From Eledone cirrhosa (taxonomy: Eukaryota), in contig OZ024741.1 of NCBI GenBank assembly GCA_964016885.1, positions 257,114,001 to 257,178,000 on the forward strand: a stretch of 64,000 nucleotides of DNA, written 5' to 3'. The notes beneath the pieces are model-generated. The model made no database searches. It was not told the origin of the DNA and saw nothing but the letters and a program-made list of their open reading frames with translations. A program made the position numbers and the translations under genes. Numbering within the stretch: the first letter of the stretch is position 1; each line of letters begins with the position of its first letter. Of this stretch, positions 23,776 to 38,605 are shown in pieces.

Positions 23776-26700
23776 GTGTTTCGACTTACGAGTGTTTCGA
23801 CTTACGAGTGTTTCGACTTACGAGTGTTTTGACTTACGAGTGTTTTGACTTACGGTATTTCTGCTTACGAGTGTTTCGACTTACGAGTGTTACGAGTGTT
23901 CTGACTACGAGTGTTTCGACTTACGAGTGTTCTGACCTACGAGTGTTCTGACTTACGAGTTTTTCGACTTACGAGTGTTTTGACTTACGGGTGTTTCGAC
24001 TTGCGAGTGTTTCGAGTTACGAGTGTTTCGAGTTACGAGTGTTTCGACTTACGAGTATTTTGACTTACGAATGTTCTGACTTACGGGTGTTTCGGCTTCC
24101 GAGTGTTTCGACTTACGAGTGTTATAACTTGCGGGTGTTTCGACTTACGCGTGTTTTGACTTACGGGCGTTTCGACTTAGGAGTGTTTCGACTACGAATG
24201 TTCAGACCTACGAGTGTTTCGACTTACGAGTGTTTCGACTTATGAGTGTTCTGACTTACGAGTGTTCCGACTTACGAGTGTTTCGGCTTACGATTGTTTC
24301 GACTTACGAGTGTTTCGGTTTACGAGTGTTTCGACTTACGAGTGATTCGACTTAGGAGTGTTCCGACTTACGAGTGTTACGACTTACGAGTGTTCCGACT
24401 TACGAGTGTTTCGGCTTACGAGTGTTTCGGCTTACGAGTGTTTCGACTTACTAGTGTTTCGGCTTACGAGTGTTTCGACTTACGGGTGTTTCGGCTTACG
24501 AGTGTTTCGACTTACGAGTGTTTCGACTTACGAGTGTTTTGACATACGGTGTTTCGGCTTACGAGCGTTTCGACATACGAGTGTTTTGACTTACGGGTGT
24601 TTCGACTTACGGGTGTTTCAACTTAAGAGTGTTTCGACTTACGAGCGCTTCGACTTACGAGCGTTCTGACTTACGAGTGTTCCGACTTACGAGTGTTTCT
24701 GCTTACGAGTGTTTCGACTTACGAGTGTTTCGACTTACGAGTGTTTCGACTTACGAATGTTTCGACTTACGGGTGTTTCGGCTTACGAGTGTTTCGACTT
24801 ACGAGTGTTTCGACTTACGAATGTTTCGACTTACGGGTGTTTCGGCTTACGAGTGGTTTGACTTACGAGTGTTCTGACTTACGAGTGTTCCGGCTTACGA
24901 GTTTTTCGACTTACGAGTGTTTCGACTTACGAGTGTTTCGACTTACGAGTGTTTCGGCTTACGAGTGTTTCGACTTACGGGTGTTTCGACTTACGGGTGT
25001 TTTGACATACGAGTGTTTCGATACGAGTGCTCTGACTTACGAGTGTTCTGACTTACGAGTGTTCTGACTTACGAGTGTTCTGACTTACGGGTGTTCTGAC
25101 TTACGAGTGTTCCGACTTACGAGTGTTTCGGCTTACGAGTGTTTCGGCTTACGAATGTTTCGGCTTACGAGTGTTTTGACTTACGAGTGTTCTGACTACG
25201 AGTGTTCTGACTTACGGGTGTTCTGACTTACGAGTGTTCCGACTTACGACTGTTCCGACTTACGAGTGTTTCGGCTTACGGGTGTTTCGACGTACGAGTA
25301 TTTTTGGCTTACGAGTGTTTCGAGTTACGAGTGTTTTGAATTACGATTGTTTCGGCTTACGAGTGTTTCGACTTACGAGTATTTCGACTTACGAGTTTTT
25401 TTACTTACGGTGTTTCGGCTTACGAGTGTTTCGACTTACGAGTGTTTCGACTTACGGCTGTTTTGACATACGAGTGTTTTGATACGAGTGCTCTGACTTA
25501 CGAGTGTTCTGACTTACGAGTGTTCTGACTTACGAGTGTTCTGACTTACGGGTGTTCTGACTTACGTGTGTTCCGACTTACGAGTGTTTCGGCTATGGGT
25601 GTTTCGACTTACGAGTGTTTCGACTCACGAATGTTTTGGCTTACGAGTGTTTCGGCGTACGAGTGTTTCGACTTACGAATGTTTTGGCTTACGAGTGTTT
25701 CGGCTTATGGGTGTTTCGACTTACGAGTGTTTCGACTTACGAGTGTTTCGACTTACGAGTGTTTTGACTTACGGTGTTTCGGCTTACAAGTTATTCGACA
25801 TACGAGTGTTTCGACTTACGGGTGTTTCGACTTACGAGTGTTTCGACTTACGAGTGTTCTGACTTACGAGTGTTTTGACTTACGAGTGTTCTGACTTACG
25901 AGTGTTCTGACTTACGAGTGTTCCGACTTACGAGTGTTCCGACTTACGAGTGTTTTGACTTACGAGTCTTCTGACTTACGAGTGTTCCGACTTACGAGTG
26001 TTCCGACTTACGAGTGTTTCGGCTTACGAGTGTTTCGGCTTACTAATGTTTTTACTTACGAGTGTTTCGGTGTACGAGTGTTTCGGCTTACTAATGTTTT
26101 TACTTACGAGTGTTTCGGTGTACGAGTGTTTCGACTTAAGGATGTTTCGACTTACGAGTGTTTCGACTTACGAGTGTTTCGACTTACGAGTGTTTCGACT
26201 TACGAGTGTTTTGGCTTACGAATGTTTTGACTTACGGGTGTTTCGACTTACGGGTGTTTCGGCTTACGAGTGTTTCGACTTACGAGTGTTTTGACTTACG
26301 AGTGTTCTGACTTACGAGTGTTCCGACTTACGAGTGTTCCGACTTACGAGTGTTTCGGCTTACGAGTGTTTCGGCTTACGAATGTTTCGGCTTACGAGTG
26401 TTTTGACTTACGAGTGTTCTGACTACGAGTGTTCTGACTTACGGGTGTTCTGACTTACGAGTGTTCCGACTTACGAGTGTTTCGGCTAATGAGTGTTTCG
26501 ACTTACGGGCGTTTCGACTTACGGGTGTTTCGACTTACGAGTGTTTTGACTTACGAGTGTTCTGACTTACGAGTGTTCTGACTTACGAGTGTTCCGACTT
26601 ACGACTGTTTCGACTTACGAGTGTTTTGACTTACGAGTGTTCCGACTTACGATTGTTTCGGCTTACGGGTGTTTCGACGTACGAGTATTTTTGGCTTACG

Positions 26701-27354
26701 AGTGTTTCGACTTACGAGTGTTTTGAATTACGATTGTTTCGGCTTACGAGTGTTTCGACTTACGAGTATTTCGACTTACGATTTTTTTTACTTACGGTGT
26801 TTCGGCTTACGAGTGTTTCGACTAATGAGTGTTTCGACTTACGAGTGTTCTGACTTACGAGTGTTCTGACTTGCGAGTGTTCCGACTTACGAGTGTTTCG
26901 GCTTACGAGTGTTTCGACATACGAGTGTTTTGACTTACGGATGTTTCGACTTACGGGTGTTTCGACTTACGAGTGTTTCGACTTACGAGTGTTCTGACTG
27001 CGAGTGTTCTGACTTACGGGTGTTTCGACTTACGTGTGTTTCGACTTACGAGTGTTCCGACCTACGAGGTTTTCAGCTTACGGGTGTTCCGGCTTATGAG
27101 TATTTTCGGCTTACGTGTGTTTCGACTTACGAGTGTTTTGACTTACGATTGTTTCGGCTTACGAGTGTTTCGACTTACGAGTGTTTCGACTTACGAGTGT
27201 TTTGACTTACGGGTGTTTTGACATACGAGTGTTTCGACACGAGTGTTCTGACTTAAGAGTGTTCTGACTTACGAGTGTTCTGACTTACGAGTGTTCTGAC
27301 TTACGAGTGTTCTGACTTACGAGTGTTCTAACATACGAGTGTTTCGACTTACGA

Positions 27355-27423
27355 AAATAACAAATAGACGCGGTTTCAAATCTCTATGCTTTTCAAGTTC
27401 ATTACATTAATCTTTATTTATAC
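27355..27423 (+). repeat. 69-bp spacer, copy 5 (subtype B)
   Basis: aaataacaaatagacgcggtttcaaatctctatgcttttcaagttcattacattaatctttatttatac. Confidence 0.95.
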
Positions 27424-30400
27424 GTTTCGCTTTACGAATGTTTCGACTTACGAGTGTTTCGACTTACGAGTGTTTCGGCTTACGAGTGTTTTGACTTACG
27501 AGATTTTTGACTTACGGGTCTTTCGACTTACGCGTGTTTCCACTTACGAGTGTTCTGACTTACGAGTGTTCTGACTTACGAGTGTTCCGACTTACGAGTG
27601 TTTCGACTTGCGAGTGTTTTGGCTTACGAGTGTTTTGACTTAAGGGTGTTTCGACTTACGAGTGTTTCGATACGAGTGTTTCGACTTACGAGTGTTTCGG
27701 CTTACGAGTGTTTCGACTTACGAGTGTTTCGACTTACGAGTGTTCTGATTTACGGATGTTTCGACATACGAGTGTTTCGACTTACGAGTGTTTCGACTTA
27801 CGAGTGTTTTGACATACGGGTGTTTTGACATACGAGTGTTTCGATACGAGTGTTTCGACTTACGAGTGTTCTGACTTATGAGTGTTCTGACTTACGAGTG
27901 TTCTGACTTACGAGTGTTCTGACTTACGAGTGTTCCGACTTACGAGTGTTCCGACTTACGAGTGTTTCGGCTTACGAGTGTTTCGGCTTACGAGTGTTTC
28001 GACTTACGAGTGTTTCGACTTACGAGTGTTCCGACTTACGGGTGTTTCGACTTACGAGTGTTTCGGCTTACGAGTGTTTCGGCTTACGAGTGTTTCGACT
28101 TACGAGTGTTTCGACTTACGAGTGTTCCGACTTACGGGTGTTTCGACTTACGAGTGTTTCGACTTACGAATGTTTTGGCTTACGAGTGTTTCGGCTTACG
28201 AGTGTTTCGACTTACGAATATTTTGGCTTACGAGTGTTTCGGCTTATGGGTGTTTCGACTTACGAGTGTTTCGACTTACGAGTGTCTTGACTTACGGTGT
28301 TTCGGCTTACAAGTTATTCGACATACGAGTGTTTCGACTTACGGGTGTTTCGACTTACGGGTGTTTCGACTTACGAGTGTTTCGAGTTATGAGTGTTTCG
28401 ACTTACGAGTGTTCTGATTTACGAGTGTTCTGACTTGCGAGTGTTCCGACTTACGAGTGTTTCGGCTTACGAGTGTTTCGACATACGAGTGTTTTGACTT
28501 ACGGATGTTTCGACTTACGGGTGTTTCGACTTACGAGTGTTTCGACATACGAGTGTTCTGACTACGAGTGTTCTGACTTACGGGTGCTCTGACTTACGAG
28601 TGTTTCGACTTACGAGTGTTTCGACTTACGAGTGTTTCGACTTACGAGTGTTTCGGCTTACGAGTGTTTCGACTTACTAATGTTTTTACTTACGAGTGTT
28701 TCGGTGTACGAGTGCTTCGACTTAAGGATGTTTCGACTTACGAGTGTTTCGACTTACGAGTGTTTCGGCTTACGTGAGTTTCGACTTAAGAGTGTTCTGA
28801 TTTACGAGTGTTTTGACTTGCGGGTGTTCTGATTTACGAGTGTTCCGACTTACGAGTGTTTCGGCTTATGAGTGTTTCGACTTACGAGTGTTTCGGCTTA
28901 CGAGTGTTTCGACTTATGGGCGTTTCGACTTACGAGTGTTTTTACTTACGGTGTTTCGGCTTACGAGTGCTTCGACATACCAGTGTTTTGACTTACGTGT
29001 GTTTCGACTTACGAGTGTTTTGACTTACGAATGTTTTGACTTACGAGTGTTTCGGCGTACGAGAGTTTTGACATACGAGTGTTTCTACTTACGAGTGTTT
29101 CGACTTACGAGTGTTTTGACTTACGAATGTTTTGACTTACGGGTTTTTCGGCTTACGATTGTTTCGACTTACGAGTCTTTCGGCTTACGAGTGTTTCGAC
29201 TTACTAATGTTTTTACTTACGAGTGTTTCGGCGTACGAGTGTTTCGACTTACGAGTGTTTCGGCTTACGAGTGTTTCGACTTACTAATGTTTTTACTTAC
29301 GAGTGTTTCGGCGTACGAGTGTTTCGACTTACGAGTGTTTTTACTTAAGGGTGTTTCGACTTACGAGTATTTTTGGCTTACGAGTGTTTCGACTTACGAG
29401 TGTTTTGACTTACGAGTGTTCTGATTTACGGATGTTTCGACATACGAGTGTTTTGACTTACGATGTTTCGACTTACGAGTGTTTCGACTTACGGGTGTTT
29501 CGACTTACGAGTGTTTCAACTTACGAGTGTTTCGACTTACGAATATTTCGACTTACGGGTGTTTCGGCTTACGAGTGTTTCGACTTACGAGTGTTCTGAC
29601 TTACGAGTGTTCTGACTTACGAGTGTTCCGGCTTACGAGTTTTTCGACTTACGAGTGTTTCGACTTACGAGTGTTTCGACTTACGAGTGTTTCGACTTAC
29701 GAGTGTTTCGGCTTACGAGTGGTTTGACTTACGAGTGTTCTGACTACGAGTGTTCTGACTTACGAGTGTTTCGGCTTATGAGTGTTTCGACTTACGAGTG
29801 TTTCGGTTTATGAGTGTTTCGACTTACGAGTGTTTCGGCTTTCGAGTGTTTCGACTTACGAGTGTTTCGGGTTACGAGTGTTTCGACTTACGAATGTTTT
29901 CGCTTACGAGTGTTTTCGCTTACGAGTGTTTCGACTTACGAGTGTTTCGACTTACGAGTGTTTTGACTTACGGTTTTTCGGCTTGCGAGTGTTTCGACAT
30001 ACGAGTGTTTTGACTTACGGGCGTTTCGACTTACGGGTGTTTCGACTTACGAGTGTTTCGACTTACGAGTGTTCTGACTACGAGTGTTCTGAATTACGGG
30101 TGCTCTGACTTACGAGTGTTTCGACTTACGAGTGTTTCGACTTACGAGTGTTTCGGCTTACGAGTGTTTCGACTTACGAGTGTTTTGACTTACGAATGTT
30201 TTGCCTTACGGGTGTTCTGGTTTACGAGTGTTTCGACTTACGAGTATTCTGACTTACGAGTCTTCCGACTTACGGGTGTTTCGACTTACGAGTGTTTCGA
30301 CTTACGAGTGTTCCGGCCTATGAGGGTTTCGGCTTACTGGTGTTCCGACTTACGAGTATTTTCGGCTGACGAGTGTTTCGAGTTACGAGTGTTTTGACTT

Positions 30401-33400
30401 ACGATTGTTTCGGCTTACGAGTGTTTCGGCTTACGAGTGTTTCGGCTTATGAGTGTTTCGAATTACGAGTGTTTTGACTTACGGGTATTTTGACATACGA
30501 GTGTTTCGGTACGAGTGTTCTGACTTACGAGTGTTCTGACTTACGAGTGTTCTGACTTACGAGTGTTCTGACTAACGGGTGTTCTGACTTACGAGTGTTC
30601 CGACTTACGAGTGTTTCGGCTATGAGTGTTTTGACTTACGGGTGTTTCGACTTACGGGTGTTTCAACTTACGAGTGTTTCGACTTACGTGTGTTTCCGCT
30701 TACGAGTGTTTCGGCTTACGAGTGTTTCGAATTACGAGTGTTTTGGCTTACGAATGTTTTGACTTACGGGTGTTTCGGTGTACGAGTGTTTTGACTTAAG
30801 GATGTTTCGACTTACGAGTGTTTTGACTTACGAGTGTTTCGACTTACGAGTGTTTCGACTTACGAGTGTTTTGGCGTACGAATGTTTTGACTTACGGGTG
30901 TTTCGACTTACGGGTGTTTCGGCTTACGAGTGTTTCGACTTACGAGTGTTTTCACTTACGAGTGTTCTGACTTACGAGTGTTCTGACTTACGAGTGTTAC
31001 GAGTTACGAGTGTTCCGACTTACGAGTGTTTCGGCTTACGAGTGTTTCGGCTTACGAGTGTTTCGGCTTACGAGTGTTTTGACTTACGAGTGTTCTGACT
31101 ACGAGTGTTCTGACTTACGGGTGTTCTGACTTACGAGTGTTCCGACTTACGAGTGTTTCGGCTAATGAGTGTTTCGACTTACGGGCGTTTCGACTTACGG
31201 GTGTTTCGACTTACGAGTGTTTTGACTTACGAGTGTTCTGACTTACGAGTGTTCTGACTTACGAGAGTTCCGACTTACGACTGTTTCGACTTACGATTGT
31301 TTTGACTTACGAGTGTTCCGACTTACGAGTGTTTCGGCTTATGGGTGTTTTGACGTACGAGTATTTTTGGCTTACGAGTGTTTCTACTTACGAGTGTTTT
31401 GAATTACGATTGTTTCGGCTTACGAGTGTTTCGACTTACGAGTATTTCGACTTACGAGTTTTTTTACTTACGGTGTTTCGGCTTACGAGTGTTTCGACTT
31501 ATGAGTGTTCTGATTTACGGATGTTTCGACATCCGAGTGTTTTGACTTACGGTGTTTCGACTTACGAGTGTTTCGACTTACGAGTGTTTCGACTTACGGG
31601 TGTTTCGACTTACGAGTGTTTCGACTTACGAGTGTTACGACTTACGGGTGTTTCGGCTTACGAGTGTTTCGACTTACGAGTGTTCTGACTTACGAGTGTT
31701 CCGGCTTACGAGTTTTTCGACTTACGAGTGTTTCGACTTACGAGTGTTTCGGCTTACAAGTGTTTCGGCTTACGAGTGGTTTGACTTACGAGTGTTCTGA
31801 CTACGAGTGTTCTGTCTTACGAGTGTTTCGACTTACGAGTGTTTCGGCTTATGAGTGTTTCGACTTACGAGTGTTTCGGCTTACGAGTGTTTTGACTTAC
31901 GAGTGTTTCGACTTACGGGTGTTTCGACTTACGAGTGTTTCGACTACGAATGTTTCGACTTACGAGTGTTTCGACTTATGGGTGTTTCGACTTACGAGTG
32001 TTTTTACTTACGGTGTTTCGGCTTACGAGTGTTTCGACATACGAGTGTTTTGACTTACGGGTGTTTCGACTTACGAGTGTTTCGACTTACGAATGTTTTG
32101 ACTTACGGGTGTTTCGGCTTACGAGTGTTTCGATTTATGAGTGTTTCGGCTTACGAGTGTTTCGACTTACTAATGTTTTTACTTACGAGTGTTTCGGCGT
32201 ACGAGAGTTTTGACTTACGAGTGTTTCTACTTACGAGTGTTTCGACTTACGAGTGTTTTGACTTACGAATGTTTTGACTTACGGGTGTTTCGGCTTACGA
32301 GTGTTTCGACTTACGAGTCTTTCGGCTTACGAGTGTTTCGACTTACTAATGTTTTTACTTACGAGTGTTTCGGCGTACGAGTGTTTCGACTTACGAGTGT
32401 TTCGACTTACGGGTGTTTTGACTTACGGGTGTTTCGGCTTACGAGTGTTTCGACTTACGAGTGTTTTGACTTAAGGGTTTTTCGACTTACGAGTATTTTT
32501 GGCTTACGAGTGTTTCGACTTACGAGTGTTTTGACTTACGAGTGTTCTAATTTACGGATGTTTCGACATACGAGTGTTTTGACTTACGAGTGTTTCGACT
32601 TATGAGTGTTTCGACTTACGAGTGTTTCGGCTTACGAGTGGTTTGACTTACGAGTGTTCTGACTACGAGTGTTTTGACTTACGAGTGTTTCGGCTTATGA
32701 GTGTTTCGACTTACGAGTGTTTCGACTTACGGGTGTTTCGACTTACGAGTGTTTCGACTACGAGTGTTTCGACTTACGAGTGTTTCGGCTTACGAGTGTT
32801 TCGACATACGGGTGTTTCGACTTACGATGTTTCGGCTTACGAGTGTTTCGACTTACGAGTGTTCTGACTTACGGGTGTTTCGACTTACGGGTGTTTCGAC
32901 TTAAGAGTGTTTCGACTTACGAGCGCTTCGACTTACGAGTGTTCTGACTTACGAGTGTTCCGACTTACGAGTGTTTCGGCTTACGAGTGTTTCGACTTAC
33001 GAGTGTTCCGGCTTACGCGTGTTTCGACTTACGAGTGTTTCGGCTTATGAGTGTTTCGACTTACGAGTGCTTCGGCTTACGAGTGTTTCGACTTAGGAGT
33101 GTTTCGGCTTACGAGAGTTTCGACTTACGAACGTTTTGGCTTACGAGTGTTTCGGCTTACGAGTGTTTCGACTTACGGGCGTTTCGACTTACGGGTGTTC
33201 CGACTTAAGAGTGATTCGACTTACGAGCGCTCCGACTTACGAGTGTTCCGACTTACGAGTGTTTCTGCTTACGAGTGTTTCGACTTACGAATGTTTCGAC
33301 TTACGAGTGTTTCGGCTTACGAGTGTTTCGACTTACTAATGTTTTTACTTACGAGTGTTTCGGCGTACGAGTGTTTCGACTTACGAGTGTTTCGGCTTAC

Positions 33401-36400
33401 GAGTGTTTCGACTTACGAGTGTTTTTGGCTTACGAGTGTTTCGACTTACGAGTGTTTTGACTTACGAGTGTTCTGATTTACGAATGTTTCGATATACGAG
33501 TGTTTCGACTTACGAGTGTTTCGACTTACGGGTGTTTCGACTTACGAGTGTTTCGACTTACGAATGTTTCGACTTACGGGTGTTTCGGCTTACGAGTGTT
33601 TCGACTTACGAGTGTTCTGACTTACGAGTGTTCTGACTTACGAGTGTTCCGGCTTACGAGTTTTTCGACTTACGAGTGTTCTGACTTACGAGTGTTCCGG
33701 CTTACGAGTTTTTCGACTTACGAGTGTTTCGACTTACGAGTGTTTCGACTTACGAGTGTTTCGGCTTACGAGTGGTTTGACTTACGAGTGTTCTGACTAC
33801 GAGTGTTCTGACTTACGAGTGTTTCGGCTTATGAGTGTTTCGACTTACGAGTGTTTCGGTTTATGAGTGTTTCGACTTACGAGTGTTTCGGCTTACGAGT
33901 GTTTCGACTTACGAATGTTTCGACTTACGGGTGTTTCGACTTACGACTGTTTCGTCTACGAGTGTTTCGACTTACGAGTGTTTCGGCTTACGAGTGTTTC
34001 GACATACGGGTGTTTCGACTTACGGTGTTTCGGCTTACGAGTGTTTCGACTTACGAGTGTTTCGACTACGAATGTTTCGTCTTACGAGTGTTTTGACTTA
34101 CGAGTGTTCTGACTACGAGTGTTTCGACTTACGAGTGTTTTTACTTAAGGGTGTTTCGACTTACGAGTATTTTTGGCTTACGAGTGTTTCGACTTACGAG
34201 TGTTTTGACTTACGAGTGTTCTGATTTACGAATGTTTCGACATACGAGTGTTTTGACTTACGATGTTTCGACTTACGAGTGTTTCGACTTACGAGTGTTT
34301 CGACTTACGGGTGTTTCGACTTACGAGTGTTTCGACTTACGAATGTTTCGACTTACGGGTGTTCCGGCTTACGAGTGTTTCGACTTACGAGTGTTCTGAA
34401 TTACGAGTGTTCTGACTTACGAGTAATCCGGGTTACGGGTTTTTCGACTTACGAGTTTTTCGACTTACGAGTGTTTCGACTTACGAGTGTTTCGGCTTAC
34501 GAGTGGTTTGACTTACGAGTGTTCTGACTACGAGTGTTCTGACTTACGAGTGTTTCGGCTTATGAGTGTTTCGACTTACGAGTGTTTCGGTTTATGAGTG
34601 TTTCGACTTACGAGTGTTTCGGCTTACGAGTGTTTCGACTTACGAATGTTTCGACTTACGGGTGTTTCGACTTACGAGTGTTTCGTCTACGAGTGTTTCG
34701 GCTTACGAGTGTTTCGACATACGGGTGTTTCGACTTACGGTGTTTCGGCTTACGAGTGTTTCGACTTACGAGTGTTTTGACTTACGAGTGTTCTGACTTA
34801 CGAGTGTTCCGACTTACGAGTGTTCCGACTTACGAGTGTTTCGGCTTACGAGTATTTCGGCTTACGAGTGTTTCGGCTTACGAGTGTTTTGACTTACGAG
34901 TGTTCTGACTACGAGTGTTCTGACTTACGGGTGTTCTGACTTACGGTGTTCCGACTTACGAGTGTTTCGGCTAATGAGTGTTTCGACTTACGGGCGTTTC
35001 GACTTACGGGTGTTTCGAATTACGAGTGTTTTGACTTACGAGTGTTCTGACTTACGAGTGTTCTGACTTACGAGTGTTCCGACTTACGACTGTTTCGACT
35101 TACGAGTGTTTTGACTTACGAGTGTTCCGACTTACGAGTGTTTCGGCTTACGGGTGTTTCGACGTACGAGTATTTTTGGCTTACGAGTGTTTCGAGTTAC
35201 GAGTGATTTGAATTACGATTGTTTCGGCTTACGAGTGTTTCGACTTACGAGTATTTCGACTTACGAGTTATTTTACTTACGGTGTTTCGGCTTACGAGTG
35301 TTTCGACTTACGAGTGTTTCGACTTACGGGTGTTTTGACATACGAGTGTTTCGATACGAGTGCTCTGACTTACGAGTGTTCTGACTTACGAGTGTTCTGA
35401 CTTACGGGTGTTCTGACTTACGTGTGTTCCGACTTACGAGTGTTTCGGCTATGGGTGTTTCGACTTACGAGTGTTTCGACTTACGAATGTTTTGGCTTAC
35501 GAGTGTTTCGGCTTACGAGTGTTTCGACTTACGAATGTTTTGGCTTACGAGTGTTTCGGCTTATGGGTGTTTCGTCTTACGAGTGTTTCGACTTACGAGT
35601 GTTTTGACTTACGGTGTTTCGGCTTACAAGTTATTCGACATACGAGTGTTTCGACTTACGGGTGTTTCGACTTACGGGTGTTTCGACTTACGAGTGTTTC
35701 GACTTACGAGTGTTCTGACTTACGAGTGTTCTGACTTACGAGTGTTCTGACTTACGAGTGTTCCGACTTACGAGTGTTCCGACTTACGAGTGTTTTGACT
35801 TACGAGTGTTCTGACTTACGAGTGTTCTGACTTACGAGTGTTCCGACTTACGAGTGTTCCGACTTACGAGTGTTTCGGCTTACGAGTGTTTCGGCTTACT
35901 AATGTTTTTACTTACGAGTGTTTCGGTGTACGAGTGTTTCGACTTAAGGATGTTTCGACTTACGAGTGTTTCGACTTACGAGTGTTTCGGCTTACGAGTG
36001 TTTTGGCTTACGAATGTTTTGACTTACGGGTGTTTCGACTTACGGGTGTTTCGGCTTACGAGTGTTTCGACTTACGAGTATTTTGACTTACGAGTGTTCT
36101 GACTTACGAGTGTTCCGACTTAGGAGTGTTCCGACTTACGAGTGTTTCGGCTTACCAGTGTTTCGGCTTACGAGTGTTTCGGCTTACGAGTGTTTTGACT
36201 TACGAGTGTTCTGACTACGAGTGTTCTGACTTACGGGTGTTCTGACTTACGAGTGTTCCGACTTACGAGTGTTTCGGCTAATGAGTGTTTAGACTTACGG
36301 GCGTTTCGACTTACGGGTGTTTCGACTTACGAGTGTTTTGACTTACGAGTGTTCTGACTTACGAGTGTTCTGACTTACGAGTGTTCCGACTTACGACTGT

Positions 36401-37039
36401 TTCGACTTACGAGTGTTTTGACTTACGAGTGTTCCGACTTACGATTGTTTCGGCTTACGGGTGTTTCGACGTACGAGTATTTTTGGCTTACGAGTGTTTC
36501 GACTTACGAGTGTTTTGAATTACGATTGTTTCGGCTTACGAGTGTTTCGACTTACGAGTATTTCGACGTACGAGTTTTTTTTTACTTACGGTGTTTCGGC
36601 TTACGAGTGTTTCGACTTATGAGTGTTTCGACTTACGAGTGTTCTGACTTACGAGTGTTCTGACTTGCGAGTGTCCCGACTTACGAGTGTTTCGGCTTAC
36701 GAGTGTTTCGACATACGAGTGTTTTGACTTACGGATGTTTCGACTTACGGGTGTTTCGACTTACGAGTGTTTCGACTTACGAGTGTTCCGACCTACGAGG
36801 GTTTCAGCTTACGGGTGTTCCGGCTTATGAGTATTTTCGGCTTACGTGTGTTTCGACTTACGAGTGTTTTGACTTACGATTGTTTCGGCTTACGAGTGTT
36901 TCGACTTACGAGTGTTTCGACTTACGATTGTTTTGACTTACGATTGTTTCGGCTTACGAGTGTTTCGACTTACGAGTGTTCTGACTTACGAGTGTTCTGA
37001 CTTACGAGTGTTCTGACTTACGAGTGTTTCGACTTACGA

Positions 37040-37108
37040 AAATAACAAATAGACGCGGTTTCAAATCTGTATGCTTTTCAAGTTCATTACATTAATCTTT
37101 ATTTATAC
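37040..37108 (+). repeat. 69-bp spacer, copy 6 (subtype B': ctgtatg / caagttcatt)
   Basis: Subtype B with an extra C>G change (aatctgtatg). Confidence 0.95.
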
Positions 37109-38536
37109 GTTTCGCTTTACGAATGTTTCGACTTACGAGTGTTTCGACTTACGAGTGTTTCGGCTTACGAGTGTTTTGACTTACGGGTCTTTCGACTTAC
37201 GCGTGTTTCCACTTACGAGTGTTCTGACTTACGAGTGTTCTGACTTACGAGTGTTCCAACTTACGAGTGTTTCGACTTACGAGTGTTTTGGCGTACGAGT
37301 GTTTTGACTTAAGGGTGTTTCGACTTACGAGTGTTTCGATACGAGTGTTTCGACTTACGAGTGTTTCGGCTTACGAGTGTTTCGACTTACGAGTGTTTCG
37401 ACTTACGAGTGTTCAGATTTACGGATGTTTCGACATACGAGTGTTTCGACTTACGAGTGTTTCGACTTACGAGTGTTTTGACATACGGGTGTTTTGACAT
37501 ACGAATGTTTCGATACGAGTGTTTCGACTTACGAGTGTTCTGACTTACGAGTGTTCTGACTTACGAGTGTTCTGACTTACGAGTGTTCCGACTTACGAGT
37601 GTTCCGACTTACGGGTGTTTCGACTTACGAGTGTTTCGACTTACGAGTGTTTCGACTTACGAATATTTCGACTTACGGGTGTTTCGGCTTACGAGTGTTT
37701 CGACTTACGAGTGTTCTGACTTACGAGTGTTCTGACTAACGAGTGTTCCGGCTTACGAGTTTTTCGACTTACGAGTGTTTCGACTTACGAGTGTTTCGAC
37801 TTACGAGTGTTTCGACTTACGAGTGTTTCGGCTTACGAGTGGTTTGACTTACGAGTGTTCTGACTACGAGTGTTCTGACTTACGAGTGTTTCGGCTTATG
37901 ACTGTTTCGACTTACGAGTGTTTCGGTTTATGAGTGTTTCGACTTACGAGTGTTTCGGCTTACGAGTGTTTCGACTTACGAGTGTTTCGACTTACGGGTG
38001 TTTCGAATTACGAGTGTTTCGTCTACGAGTGTTTCGACTTACGAGTGTTTCGGCTTACGAGTGTTTCGACATACGGGTGTTTCGACTTACGGTGTTTCGG
38101 CTTACGAGTGTTTCGACTTACGAGTGTTCTAACTTACGAGTGTTCTGACTTATGAGTGTTCTGACTTACGAGTGTTCCGACTTACGAGTGTTTCGGCTTA
38201 CGAGTGTTTCGGCTTACGAGTGTTTCGAATTACGAGTGTTTCGACTTACGAGTGTTTCGACTTATGAGTGTTTTGACTTACGGTGTTTCGGCTTACGAGT
38301 GTTTCGACTTACGAGTGTTTTGACTTACTGGTGTTTTGACATACGAGTGTTTCGATACGAGTGTTTCGACTTACGAGTGTTCTGACTTACGAGTGTTCTG
38401 ACTTACGAGTGTTCTGACTTACGAGTGTTCTAACTAACGAGTGTTCTGACTTACGAGTGTTCTGACTTACGAGTGTTCCGACTTACGAGTGTTTCGGCTC
38501 ACGAGTGTTTCGGCTTACGAGTGTTTCGACTTACGA

Positions 38537-38605
38537 AAATAACAAATAGACGCGGTTTCAAATCTCTATGCTTTTCAAATTCAGTACATTAATCTTTATT
38601 TATAC
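38537..38605 (+). repeat. 69-bp spacer, copy 7 (subtype A': caaattcagt)
   Basis: Subtype A with an extra T>G change (ttcagtac). Confidence 0.95.

Larger units (their letters stand above)
21490..32950 (+). repeat. Large duplication of ~2.4-14.6 kb at an offset of ~18.4-19.2 kb, including spacers A and B and the long insert
   Basis: Matching ORF-track pairs are 3397/22475, 3847/22909, 5197/24294, 7680/26909, 8400/27598, 10005/28632, 12915/31302 and 13786/32189. The offset drifts through monomer gains and losses. Boundaries are approximate. Confidence 0.8.

Noticed and set aside
23148-23848. ORFs 23148-23393 and 23600-23848 in the long insert
   Set aside because: They are short, cross the hairpin and microsatellite tracts, show no recognisable domain (no Rep/helicase motifs), and are not called in the other insert copy.
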